Below, piece by piece: positions 11,401-22,086 of a stretch of DNA of 64,000 bases (its first letter is position 1; every line of letters begins with the position of its first letter). The notes beneath the pieces were generated by a model, which saw only the letters and a program-made list of their open reading frames with translations, ran no database searches and had not been told where the DNA came from. The stretch is from assembly GCA_048013815.1 (NCBI GenBank), contig CM106585.1:15686001-15750000 (forward strand), in the 5' to 3' direction. The stretch comes from Setoptus koraiensis. Lineage: Eukaryota; Animalia; Arthropoda. Made by a program: the position numbers and the translations under genes.

Positions 11401-14400
11401 TCGCAGGGCCAGTCATGGCGTGACAGTTACGCGCATAGCAGTTGTGCAGTTACGCACTGTCCAGGCGCACTGCTGTCATGAGCGGCACAGCTGATCGGGG
11501 CGGATAATGGCGCCGTCGGACATGACTCATACCCGACTTACGTAACGCTCATAACGCTTACAACGGTTATAACCGTTATGACGCGGCTTGTCGCACTTGA
11601 CAGCGGCCACCTGTCGGCCGCTCACACACGCAACATGTGCACGCAGACCGTTACAATTGCGCAACGATTAGCATATATGCAAATCGGCAACCATCGCAGC
11701 CCGCCGACCAGCGCAAACAAACAAACGTCTCACTGGCCCGACTGTCACCTGTGGCCCGACTGTCACCTGTGGCCCAATCTTGTCATTTTGGCCCTGTTTT
11801 GACTCATTGATTGGCCCATTTAACTCATTTTTTGCTCTGAAAATTGCTCCCATTTCGCGCGCTGTCGCTCCATATCGCAGGTGATCGTCAACACGGGCCG
11901 CTACTTCGGCGGCCGCATCTCCGTCGAGGGCAGCAACGATGCGCGCTGCAACGTCTACGGCAACAAATCCAGCTCGCAGTCCAGCTACAAATTGGCCATA
12001 ATGCACGATGTGTGCGGCAGCCGCATAGTGGTAAGTCAACAACAAGCGACCCCGATACCCAAACGCTCTAACGCCCCCCATCGCACAGCGTCTAACCGAC
12101 TCAACCCGCTCAACCCGCTCAACCCGCTCAACCCGCTCTACCCGCTCGACCCGCTCAACCCGCTCAACCCGCGCAACCGGACACGACCGAACACGACCGA
12201 ACACGACCGAACACGACCGAACACGACCCAACACGACCCAACACGACCCAACACGACAGAACAACACGCGCATCGAGACCATGATTCTGGTGCACGAGAA
12301 CAAGGACATTCTGACGCACAACTCGGGCCGCTTCCTCGTGGTGTGCAACTTTGTCGAGAAATCGTTCACGCTGCGCGCCTCCGTGTCCCTGCCCAAGGTC
12401 AACGGGGTGGCGGTGCGAACGCGGCCCGCCACCATAGTGGCCACCGGCAACCCGCACCACGCGGGCGCGGGCGTGCCCGTGTCGCTGGGCACCATGCCCG
12501 GCCGCTACAAGCAGCGGGCCGGACAGACGGGCCGAATGGAGGCCGGCGATGCCGCCGCTGACCAGCTGATAGAGGCCAGCGACAATAGCGCCGACCTGTC
12601 GGCGCGCCAGTCCAAAGATTACAAGCAGGCAGCCGGCGGCACAGAAAATTACGGCCAAAACAGCGGGCCGGACAGGTTGCCATTTGTGGCCGACGGCACC
12701 AACCGCCGGGACCCGGCGCACGAGGCCGAGACCGGCCAGGCGCGCACCAACCGGCTGCTGAGGCTGGGCGTGGCCACCGAGAGCAAGCCAATATACGTTT
12801 TGTCGCACCACAGGGGCGCCCAGATCGTGGAGGGCACGCAGCACCCGTACGGCGGCTCCGTGTCCGACCCTGGTCAAGCGAGCGGCGCCGCCGGTCAGCA
12901 GGGCGTGGTGTTTACAAACAATCACCACGGCAACAGAAACCAGCGCCAAATGGGCCCCTTTCACCCGGGCCAGGCCGCTGTCATGGGCGCCGATTTGCCC
13001 GACCAGCCGGCCGGCCCGAGCGACCCGCAGCGCAGTTACCCGGCGCAAAGCGCCCATCAAGCGCTCATCATGGCCAACAATCACCAGCAACTAAACTCAA
13101 TGGAGTCCATGCTCTCCAACGAGATGTTCTCAAACTCGCCAACGCTCGCCTATTATCCGTCCATGCTCATCAGGCAGGGCCTCACAAAGCCGCCCCCGCC
13201 GCCAATCATGCCGCTGCTGTCGCGCTCGTCGCCGCTCGCCGACTCAATGCGACTGCCGCCGGTTACGTCACGGCCAGCGTCGCCGGCCGGCTTGTTCGAG
13301 CCCGTTGAGCGCGTTGCGGGACCGGAAGTGGCGGCCAACCCGCTGCAATCGACAGATCGGTCACAAGAGTCTCGGTCGGGCGCCGACGAGCCGACATCAG
13401 AAAGCAGCGACAAAAATATTGACAATCCCGCAAACCAAACTGGCACCACAAGATCGCGAACGATGCGATTGTTGAATCATCACAACCAGTTCGACCACTC
13501 TACGGTCAACAACCACCTGAGTGTTGGCGACACACCCGCCACTTCCGGCCCGGCGGAGCAACCAGCGCCGGCGGACAACGCGTACCCGTCGCCCGGCCAC
13601 ACCGCCGGACCGACGTCGTCGCTGTTCGACGAGCTGCTGAGCCGCGAGGCGCGTCCGTCTCACCAGCCCGCTCCGCCGGCCAGCAGCCCGGTTGTGCCGC
13701 CCAACGATGCACACGCCCCCACCGATCAGCGACCCCAAATGGATCTGACGCCGGCTGGATATCACAGACACCATCAGTATCTGGAGCATTTGGGCGAACA
13801 ACAGCGCCATCACCACCAACATCAGCTGGCGCACCAACACGATCCGTCCCCCTTCCAACCGAGATCGTCATCGGGCAGCGGTGAGTTTTTCATCGGGCCG
13901 GTGCCCATGATGGGCAGCGACCCGAACGGGTTGGCCACGACAACTTTGTTGCCGGCCACACTGATAAACGTGGGCAGCGGCCGACTGAACGAGCCCGGTC
14001 AGCATCAGCCAGAGACATCGTTCGACGACGACAAATACCCGTTCGACGGGACGGTATCTGCGGGCAAAGACGAGGAAAAACGCGAAATATCCGACACAAC
14101 AACAACAACGACAACAACGACAACCGCCTCGCCGACAATGTTGCCGACTCAGCCAACGAGGCAGCACGCAAACGCTAGCTCGCTGCAAGATTCACTGCTC
14201 AGGTGGTCGCTGGACACGCTGGCCACGCTCGCCGAGGAGTCGTTCACCAAAATGGTCAATGCCCGCAACAAGCAGCGACTGGCCACCGCCAACAGCAGCA
14301 GCAGTGCCGCCGCCGGCGCCCTCAAGCCGGCAGCGGCGACCGACAATCAGGCGGCCACCGACAATCGGGCGGCCACCGACAATCGGGCGGCCACAACCAC

Positions 14401-16008
14401 TACGAGCACCACTGCGCGACCGACGCATGTCGCGGTGCAGCCAGCACTAGCTAGCCAACATTTTCACACCGATTCGGGCGCCGGCGGGCCGGACGAGTCC
14501 GGGGCGCACGAAACGAGCCACCAAGGAAGCGACCGTAGTGAGACACAGTACGACGACAGGCCGAGCGGCAAGCAGGGCGTGGACAGCGAGCAAGAGGCCA
14601 AAAAAGCGGACACCCGAGCCACTCAGCGGGTTTTCGTGGCGCCAACAACGGGCGACATCAGTGATAGTCACAATGCGATAGACAGGCCAATATCGTTGGC
14701 CTCCACAATGCCCACGGAGGCGAGCAAGGCGCGCGACACGCCCGCGGCCGGCAAGCCCGGCGGTGCGGATGGCGCGGTGCACCCGACGGAACCAACGAGT
14801 CGCCAGCAGCGACAGCCAGCGACAGTGAACCGGCAGCAGCACGGAGACAACAGTGCTGTCAGCTCAAGCAAAAACAATGCAAATGTGGGCTCACAACAAC
14901 AGGTGTACTCTCGCCCAGGTAACAGCAACAACAGCAACGGCGTCAGAGCGCCAACGAATCGGCTCAATCAGCATCGCTCTAATGAGCACAACCAATTTAG
15001 CAGTAAGTACAAGCTTGTTTACAATTATTCGCGGCCTTGTCACCATCCGTCAGCTGACCGCTGATCAGCTGAACCGGCTGACCACTGATCAGCTGCGAGC
15101 TGTCAGATCATCTGACTCAGATGTCGGCTGACGCTGTGACCGGCCAGTATATATATATATACACCTTGTTTGATCGCTTTACTAACCACTGTCACAACAT
15201 TATGAAATGTCAAACGCATGTCACTCGCAACTGACGCAACCGACGCAACTGACGCAACCGACGCAACCGACGCAACTGACGCAACTGTCACCGCTGGCCG
15301 CCAACAGACAACGCAACCGGCAGCAGTCAGCTGGCCAACTATTTGCTGTACTCGATCGTCATAGTGGTGGCCGGATTCATTGGGTGCCTGATAGCGAGCG
15401 TGTTGTTTATATGGTCGCCGGGCAACAGTTTAATTAAGCGAGGCAACCAATTTAACAGATGGTCGCACAATCACCACGACGCCTTCTCAATAATAACAAA
15501 CAGCGATTACGTAAACTACAACAATCCCGTAGTGGCAGCGCATGACCAGCCTAAGCAGCAGCAGCAGCAACTGGCCCCGCCGAGCAACAAGTTGTTGTGT
15601 CATCATCAGCCATTCCAGCAGCAGCAGCAACAACAACAACGACAACAACAGCGGCACAACGCTCAGCAACAAGTGTCGCCCCAGTCGGTGGCGTCCACGA
15701 CGCTGTCCAGCCAGCAATCGGTGACGAGCTCGCAGCAACAGCCAGACGAACAAATGAGACAGTTGGACACTATTAGTTGCAACAATTCAACACAGATCCT
15801 GCACATAGAGCCGGCGACGCTCACCGACTGCGCCGGCGATTCCACAATTGTGGCAATTGTTTCCAATGGAGCGTCGAAACGCGAATCTCGGCGACACGAT
15901 CACGTGCCAGCAACAGCGACAACGACAACAGCCGCGCAGCGACAACACGACTCGCCGCTGCTTCTCATCGATCAGGCCAACCTGTTTGGCGACGAGTCAT
16001 ACGCCTGA
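2803..16008 (+). CDS. Single-pass membrane protein: signal peptide, FN3-like domain, isolated ZP-N (zona pellucida N-terminal) domain, long low-complexity stalk, TM helix and Gln-rich tail; about 1457 aa, 6 exons
   Basis: Hand-built exons 2803-2959, 3177-3327, 10633-11188, 11881-12030, 12260-14918 and 15308-16008. All introns are GT..AG with matching phases (1,2,0,0,1) and the total is 4374 nt, a multiple of 3. The joins give continuous domain sequence: EVTNLVIYPGYRAVKLRWRY..SFRV|RFCEIASW..LRALTNYTFHVQV (FN3-like) and KCLANLSE|VIVNTGRYFGGRISVEGSNDARCNVYG..CGSRIV|NNTRIETMILVHENKDILTHNSGRFLVVCNF (4-Cys ZP-N). TM helix YLLYSIVIVVAGFIGCLIASVLFIW. The start could be further upstream, as the frame is open from 2389. 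Confidence 0.82.
3000..3082. repeat. 10/12-bp CGACCGGCAG / CAACCGGCAG tandem array in intron 1 of the ZP-N gene
   Basis: Directly visible repeat units. Confidence 0.85.
4796..4900. repeat. 16-bp tandem array GCGAGACGTCGGTATG, about 6-7 units
   Basis: Visible units, most carrying the GACGTC palindrome. Confidence 0.85.
5402..5521. repeat. (TTG)n microsatellite
   Basis: About 120 bp of TTG with few interruptions. Confidence 0.95.
6723..6799. repeat. 11-bp tandem array CCACTGGTCAG drifting to CCTTTGGTCGG, 7 units
   Basis: Stepwise substitutions between adjacent units. Confidence 0.85.
12100..12259. repeat. 9-bp (AACCCGCTC)n followed by 10-bp (ACACGACCGA)n filling intron 4 of the ZP-N gene
   Basis: About 8 units plus about 8 units; the second array runs into the acceptor AG at 12258-12259. 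Confidence 0.9.
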
Positions 16009-17368
16009 CCCAAGAGCTAACTGAGTTTGACTAATTTTGACTAATTAGCTCATTTCATAATTAGTCACACTAATTAGCCATGGGTGGCAGCAACAGTCAG
16101 CCGTGTGAACACGATTGCCACGAACACCATTTGTAGTGGCTGTAAATGCTGTAAATGCGCACCAAAAATTAGCGCAGAATTGAAGAAATGCAATTCTGGT
16201 TTTTGGTCGAGGTTTTTGCAGGGCGGCACGCGATCATCTGAGGCACGCGATAATTTGGGGCCCGCGCGCGCGCATTTTGGCGCGGATAATAAGAGCACGC
16301 GATACGCGTAGCGAGTGGTCTTGTCGTCGAGTGTCATCGGAGCACACAGCGACCTGTTGTTTGTAATTACAATGTAGTAATATTTTCACAGCTTTTACCC
16401 AGTTCTATTTTTATGTCTGTAAACTGTATGTAACCAATGTATGGCACAATAAACGCTAAGCACCCGTTTACATCCCTCATTGTATTATGTAATATATGCC
16501 CAATGTTGCCCATCGTTGTCGCATTATGTGTGCGATCCTCACTGTGCCAAAATCGGACAATTTTGGCACGTTCTTGCTGGCACATTCTTACAAGTTGTTG
16601 GTGGCGCTTCGTTCTCAGATTTATTCTCGCATGCATCTACAAATAACAAATATTTAATCACACGATTGTATCGATTGTCAGTTTATCGATTCGCCCAGTC
16701 GGGCCGTGTCACGTGCACGCCGTCCGATCTGACGATCTCAAATATCTGTTCGATTTGTCTGTCCGAATTATCGGTGCCGTCTGTTGGAATTATCCGTCGC
16801 GTCTGTTCGAATTCGCGTTCGAAATGCCACTCGCACGAGCCATTGCTGGCCCAAAACGCAGCCTATATGCGGGTCGCGTTGACAAATTCTGCGCCGGTCC
16901 CACATTGCGGCCCCCACAACCAGCCAAACCGGGGACTGCGCATGCGCTTTCGCGATATTTGCCGGGGCTCGAACAGGATCGGCTGGCTGGCTGGTTGGTT
17001 GGTGAGTTGGTGATACGCGGGTTAGTGCGCCACAATGAAAACCGAATTGCCATCAGAGTCTCTGAAAAAAAAAAGAAATTAGAAATTCTTTTAGAAGCGG
17101 CCACAAAAAAAAAAATAAAAAATCCGCCAGAGTTCGGACAGTGATCAATTGTCGGCCGAGGCGCAAAGTGTCAGTGACAGTTATTTATGCTACAAAGCAA
17201 ACAATACCCACATATCAGCAAACAAATAAATTCAAGAATCGCCGAACAAACACTCAACAAGATATCCAAGTCAAAAAGATATCGAGGTCAAGAAGAATAT
17301 CGAAGAACAATTTTCAAGAATACACAAGACAGAATCGACAGAAAGAAACCGTGAATACAAGTGAACAA

Positions 17369-18976
17369 ATGTTGAGAAAAATGAATTTGAAGTCAGAGAA
17401 ACCAGCAGCGGATGATTGCGACGCCGGCAGCGTGCAGCAAAAGTGCCGCCAGCGCCTAATCGGTCCCGACGACGCCGGCGGACCCGAGGCCCCCAATCGG
17501 TGCCGCGCCTATCGGTCCATCTCCATTCCGTCCTCGCTGCATCACCTATATCCGGCTGGCGGCGACGTCAACATCGCAGCCTCCAAGCAGCAGCCCTCAT
17601 TTTTGCAGCAACAACAACAGCATCAGCAGCACCACCATCAGCACCAATTAAACTCGCTGTATTTGGCCCATTTAAATCGTCAACAACAATGCCATTATCT
17701 GTTCAAGGCGAGCGGCGGCGCTCACCTGAGCGGCGCCGGGGCACCGCCGTACGGCTCGGCTTACCCGGCGGCAGCTTGGTCCGGCCAGCAGCAGTATCAC
17801 CATGGCGTAATGGACAGCTTAGACAGACAGTCGTCGGCAATTGGCGGCGGCGGCGACGGGCACAAGCTCGAGGCGAGCAATTTGCAGCAAGCGACCGACA
17901 CAAGACCGCCCAAAGGCGCACATCCGGTCGTCGATCCCGCGGTGGCCAGAGCACTGCTGGCGGCCGCCGGAAACCGGTCGGCCGACGGGCAGCAGCAGTT
18001 TCTGCTGAACAGGCAGTCTTACCATGATCACTATCGACGACTCATCGGCGATCACTACGCCCGTTACGGCAATCCGGTGGCGGCTGCCGCGGCGGCGGCC
18101 GCCGCCGCTGCAGCAGCCCAACAGTATCACAGTTTCAGCTCGGGCACGAGCGGCGCAATGTTTGGCGCGGCCGGCGTTGAGCTGCGGCACCCCGGGCCGG
18201 CCGCGAACGCGCCCCAAATGTCGACGCTGCTGAACCACAACAACAATTCAAATTTTCAACAATTCAAACTGATTGGTGACGCGCCCGCCGGCAGCACCGC
18301 ACTGCCCATCACAATGGCCGGCCCGGGCAACGATTACGCCAAGCGACGACGACGCCACCGCACCATTTTCAACGAGCAACAGTTGGCCCATTTAGAGACC
18401 ATATTTCATCATACACAATATCCGGATGTGACATTGCGAGAACAGTTGGCGCTGCAGATCGATCTCAAGGAGGCCCGCATTGAGGTGTGGTTCAAGAACA
18501 GGCGAGCGAAATGGCGCAAACAGGAGCGAGAGCAGCAACTCGCCAGCTCAACCGCCAATTTAACTGCCGACTTGACTGCCAATTTGCACTCAAATGAAAC
18601 TAGTCACTGTTCACCTGTCGACCGTCGACAATTAATCACTGAGCACCCCCGAATGTCGCCCGTTATGTTGGCGACTGAGCATCAGCAACGGGCGTCAATG
18701 TCGCGCGCGTCGTCGTCGTCGTCGTCGTGCTCATTCAGCTCGTCGTCGTGTTGTTCGTCGCCCGTGCAGCAGCAGCTAGGCGCACACAAAGGCGACACTA
18801 ACAATCACAGTTACGCAACACTGTCAAACATTGATAGCTCGCCGGTTTGCGCGAGCGCCGCATCGCCAGCCGCATCGCCAGCCGCCTACGACAGGGGCCC
18901 CGTGGAGCCGGCCGGAAAATTGGCGCTGGGCGGCGCGACGACGCCCGACAGCAAGCGACGCTGCAGACGGAGATAG
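17369..18976 (+). CDS. gsc: Goosecoid homeobox protein (paired-class, K50 homeodomain), single coding exon
   Basis: Homeodomain at about 18341-18530: [59 protein letters not shown]. It matches the Gsc signature (RRHRTIF..YPDV..REQLA...[17 protein letters not shown], Lys50). First ATG in the open frame is at 17369. Confidence 0.9.
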   Translation: MLRKMNLKSEKPAADDCDAGSVQQKCRQRLIGPDDAGGPEAPNRCRAYRSISIPSSLHHLYPAGGDVNIAASKQQPSFLQQQQQHQQHHHQHQLNSLYLAHLNRQQQCHYLFKASGGAHLSGAGAPPYGSAYPAAAWSGQQQYHHGVMDSLDRQSSAIGGGGDGHKLEASNLQQATDTRPPKGAHPVVDPAVARALLAAAGNRSADGQQQFLLNRQSYHDHYRRLIGDHYARYGNPVAAAAAAAAAAAAAQQYHSFSSGTSGAMFGAAGVELRHPGPAANAPQMSTLLNHNNNSNFQQFKLIGDAPAGSTALPITMAGPGNDYAKRRRRHRTIFNEQQLAHLETIFHHTQYPDVTLREQLALQIDLKEARIEVWFKNRRAKWRKQEREQQLASSTANLTADLTANLHSNETSHCSPVDRRQLITEHPRMSPVMLATEHQQRASMSRASSSSSSCSFSSSSCCSSPVQQQLGAHKGDTNNHSYATLSNIDSSPVCASAASPAASPAAYDRGPVEPAGKLALGGATTPDSKRRCRRR

Positions 18977-19839
18977 ATTATTGCGGCGCGTCAATCACGC
19001 GAGGACCGCATATTGCGTCAATCACACGGATTGTGTCAATTGCGACCACAATTGCGACCGGCCAATTGATCGGGGGCTAATTGATCGCGGGCTAATTGAT
19101 CCGTGCGCGGGCCCGTTGATTGTGGGCCGATTGACGGGCCCGCGTCAACAATCAGCTGCGCTCAACAACGACTCACGGGCAGTATTTTATGACAACAACA
19201 GTGACATAATAATAGTAACAGTAATGGTAATAATACACTGTTACGTAACCGAGGCACAATTTAAATGGATCCTGCGCGGCACAACGCGATTGCGTCAACT
19301 GGGCACAAATAAATAATGATGTAACATATAACACAACATAACATCAACAATGTACTATGTGTGAGGCGGATATAAATGTGTGTGTGTGTGGATAAATTCA
19401 ATTGTGACTGTTTGTCGCCATTGTAAGCGTCCGTTCGTCACTCAAGCATGTCACACAGCTATTATACAATAACAACATTATGTAATAATGTTGCTGCTCT
19501 TTTTTGCTCGCTGTCAGCCATTCGCTGTCGGCCATGTATCGCCTATAAACATTGTGCGACTATATGTGTGACATGTGAGAGATTATGTGCGTGTCGCCGT
19601 ATGTTGCGTATGTCACAATTTGGGCACGCACTTTTGCACGCGCTTTTGCGCGCACTTTTGCACGTACTTTTGCACGTACTGCTTCTACGCGTCGGCCACA
19701 GCGTACTGTAGATGTAGTGTGTTTGTCACACGCAATGGACGCGCGGAGCAAATAAACGCTTACTTACATACTTAGTTGATCACTTATTTGCTCTCTTTAT
19801 TTCTGCTGCACTCCTATAATCTGTTTTGTCGCTATATAC

Positions 19840-19958
19840 TGTGTCTATGGCCACTGTTGTCGCTGTATGTTGTGTCTATGGCCACTGTTGTCGCTGTATG
19901 TTGTGTCCATGGCCGCTGTTGTCGCTGTATGTTGTGTCCATGGCCGCTGTTGTCGCTG
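19840..19958. repeat. 31-bp minisatellite TGTGTCTATGGCCACTGTTGTCGCTGTATGT, about 4 units
   Basis: Visible tandem units with few substitutions. Confidence 0.85.
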
Positions 19959-20152
19959 CTGTAGCTGGCCATTGGTTGCCGAACGGGCCAGTAGCGCAGA
20001 TTGTTATATTTGTGACAACTGGCGCCCGATTAACAAACTGCAAATTGACAGATCGCTGGCCAGTGTCACATGACACGGAGCGGAGAGCGTGTGAAACAGC
20101 GGGCCCACTCTCAACTCGTTGACAACTCGCGACAGTTTGCAGCCTCGGCGCT

Positions 20153-20218
20153 ATCATTTGCCGGCGGTGTCATTTGCCGGCGGTGTCATTTGCCGGCGGT
20201 ATCATTTGCCGGCGGTAT
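20153..20218. repeat. 16-bp tandem array (RTCATTTGCCGGCGGT)x4
   Basis: Visible units. Confidence 0.85.
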
Positions 20219-21163
20219 GATCGCGACGAGGGCATCACCGCCACGACGGCTTCATATCGTCGTGCGAGCGCGCTGTTCATTTAGCTAATGACACGACTCG
20301 ATGGACAGTATTAGTGTTGCAGATGAGGTTGTATTATCCGCGCGGCGAGCATTTGCGAGCGCCACACAGATCGTTGAGCGAGATAAACAGTGGCAGTGGC
20401 AGTGGACAGTTTGTGGCTGTCAACCGGCTGTCATTTATCCGTGAACAAGTTTGCGGTGGCACGGGCGGCCAGCAGCAGCGGTTTACAAGACGCCACTAAT
20501 CACATCTTGTAAACTGCTAAATGCTTCAAATGATGGCCAACCAGCGAATGAATTATCCGGCGATTATACGCACAAATGATAAACATGACGATAAACAACT
20601 GGCGTACCTCAGTGCAGCCAGCGCTAAACCACTGAGAAACAATGATCCGGCGCGCACTGTATCTCGTGGCGCGTTTGGGCCGCGCACTGTGCGAGACGCG
20701 AGATTATTATTATCGGCGGTCATTTTTGTGTGTCGTATTGTTGTGGCGACTTGACCACCCACAACAGCGCCACAACAGCGCCACAACAGCGCCACGACAA
20801 CCGCACAACAACCGCAGCACAGCCGCACCACGAGCGAACAACGACGAGGGTGTTCGAGGGCGTCGTGTACGACACGACAAACACATGAATGACAACAACA
20901 GTGTCAACAGTGTCGTGAGCAAATATAGACAGTGGACAAAGACAGCAACAATTGCCGCAACAGCAGCGGCAACAGCGCTGTTTAGCCGGCGTGACAACTC
21001 AAGCATTATCAAACCGAGCCAAACAACAACACGGCCGCCATATAGCAGCGCCTATAGGCCGCTATGCGTGCTCTATATAACCGGATATATTGAACAAGCG
21101 CCAGTTCCGGCTTAGCGGGCGCGTGTGTGTGTGTGTTATAGAGCGCATAGGGGCGCATTGCAA

Positions 21164-22086
21164 ATGAATCCGCTTGTTCTTTTTGCGACATTTGTCTCAT
21201 TGTTGTCACTCATTTATCCGTTCGTCGGCGGCAACAACAGCGGCAGTTCATTTGGATCGCGCACGGTCCAATTGCCAGCGCGTCTGCATTGTACTGTATT
21301 TATATTTTATGCTTGCAGCGGCCCACCTAACTACAATCTGTATCTCAATGTATCTCAATCAATACACTACAATGAATGCGACAATCAATGGACAATGTTG
21401 AACATCTCAGCGTATCGCTCACTGATGTCAGTAATCGCGATGCGCGACTCACCTGATCGGCGTGCCGGCCTCGTCGGTCAGTTTCATTTTTGTTTTGGCC
21501 AACACACATATCGCGCATATATCTTCGACCATATCGCACAATCGACAAATGGCCCGCATTCGAGTCTTTGCTGGCACAAATGGCCGGCGATCGCCGGAGG
21601 CCCCAGAAAGAGCAGATTGGTCGCGACAACAGTTGCGCATAAACAGTTGCATACGATATGATATCGCATATGATATGGCGTCGTTGTGTGTGTTCGGGGC
21701 GCCCGCGGTGGCTGCTAAGCATCAAAACCGAGCCGATCAGATTAGACTTGTTGATAATAGGCCAATTTCGCTGGTTTCTATCAGATTACTAATCAGATGC
21801 GATGACAAATCAAGATGGTGACATCTTCATTGGTGGTCGGCTGTTGATTAAAGCAGCGCCACCATTCAGCATTGTGCCACCATTGAACGTCGGGCCACCA
21901 TTGAACGTTGGGCCACCATTGAACGTTGGGCCACCATTGAACGTTGGGCCACCATTGAACGTTGGGCCACCATTGAACGTTGGGCCACCATTGAACGTTG
22001 GGCCAGCGCCGCCACAGATTGCTTTTGGGCCGCATGACACGGGGTTGCTGCTGGTCGGCGGCCGGCGTGCACTTAATATCCTTTAA
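21164..22086 (+). CDS. Putative secreted orphan protein with (PPLNVG)x7 repeat; tentative 2-exon model, 200 aa
   Basis: TATATAA at 21074-21080, then signal-peptide-like MNPLVLFATFVSLLSLIYPFVGG from ATG 21164. Candidate phase-1 donor GTCAGT at 21477 and acceptor AG at 21795-21796 give exons 21164-21476 and 21797-22086 (603 nt). The unspliced alternative is 21164-21661. No family recognised. Confidence 0.33.
21877..22002. repeat. 18-bp minisatellite CCACCATTGAACGTTGGG x7
   Basis: Seven near-identical abutting units with no spacers, so not CRISPR-like. Encodes PPLNVG on + or GPTFNG on -. Confidence 0.95.

Noticed and set aside
12164-14967. Multiple long minus-strand ORFs (e.g. 12164-13090, 11668-12495)
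   Set aside because: Shadow ORFs of the GC-rich ZP-N coding exon and intron repeats.
16800-16830. GTTCGAA motifs suggestive of a tRNA T-loop
   Set aside because: No acceptor, D or anticodon stems can be formed around them.
21877-22002. CRISPR-like appearance of the 18-bp and other regular repeats
   Set aside because: Units abut without unique spacers, there are no cas genes, and the context is eukaryotic.
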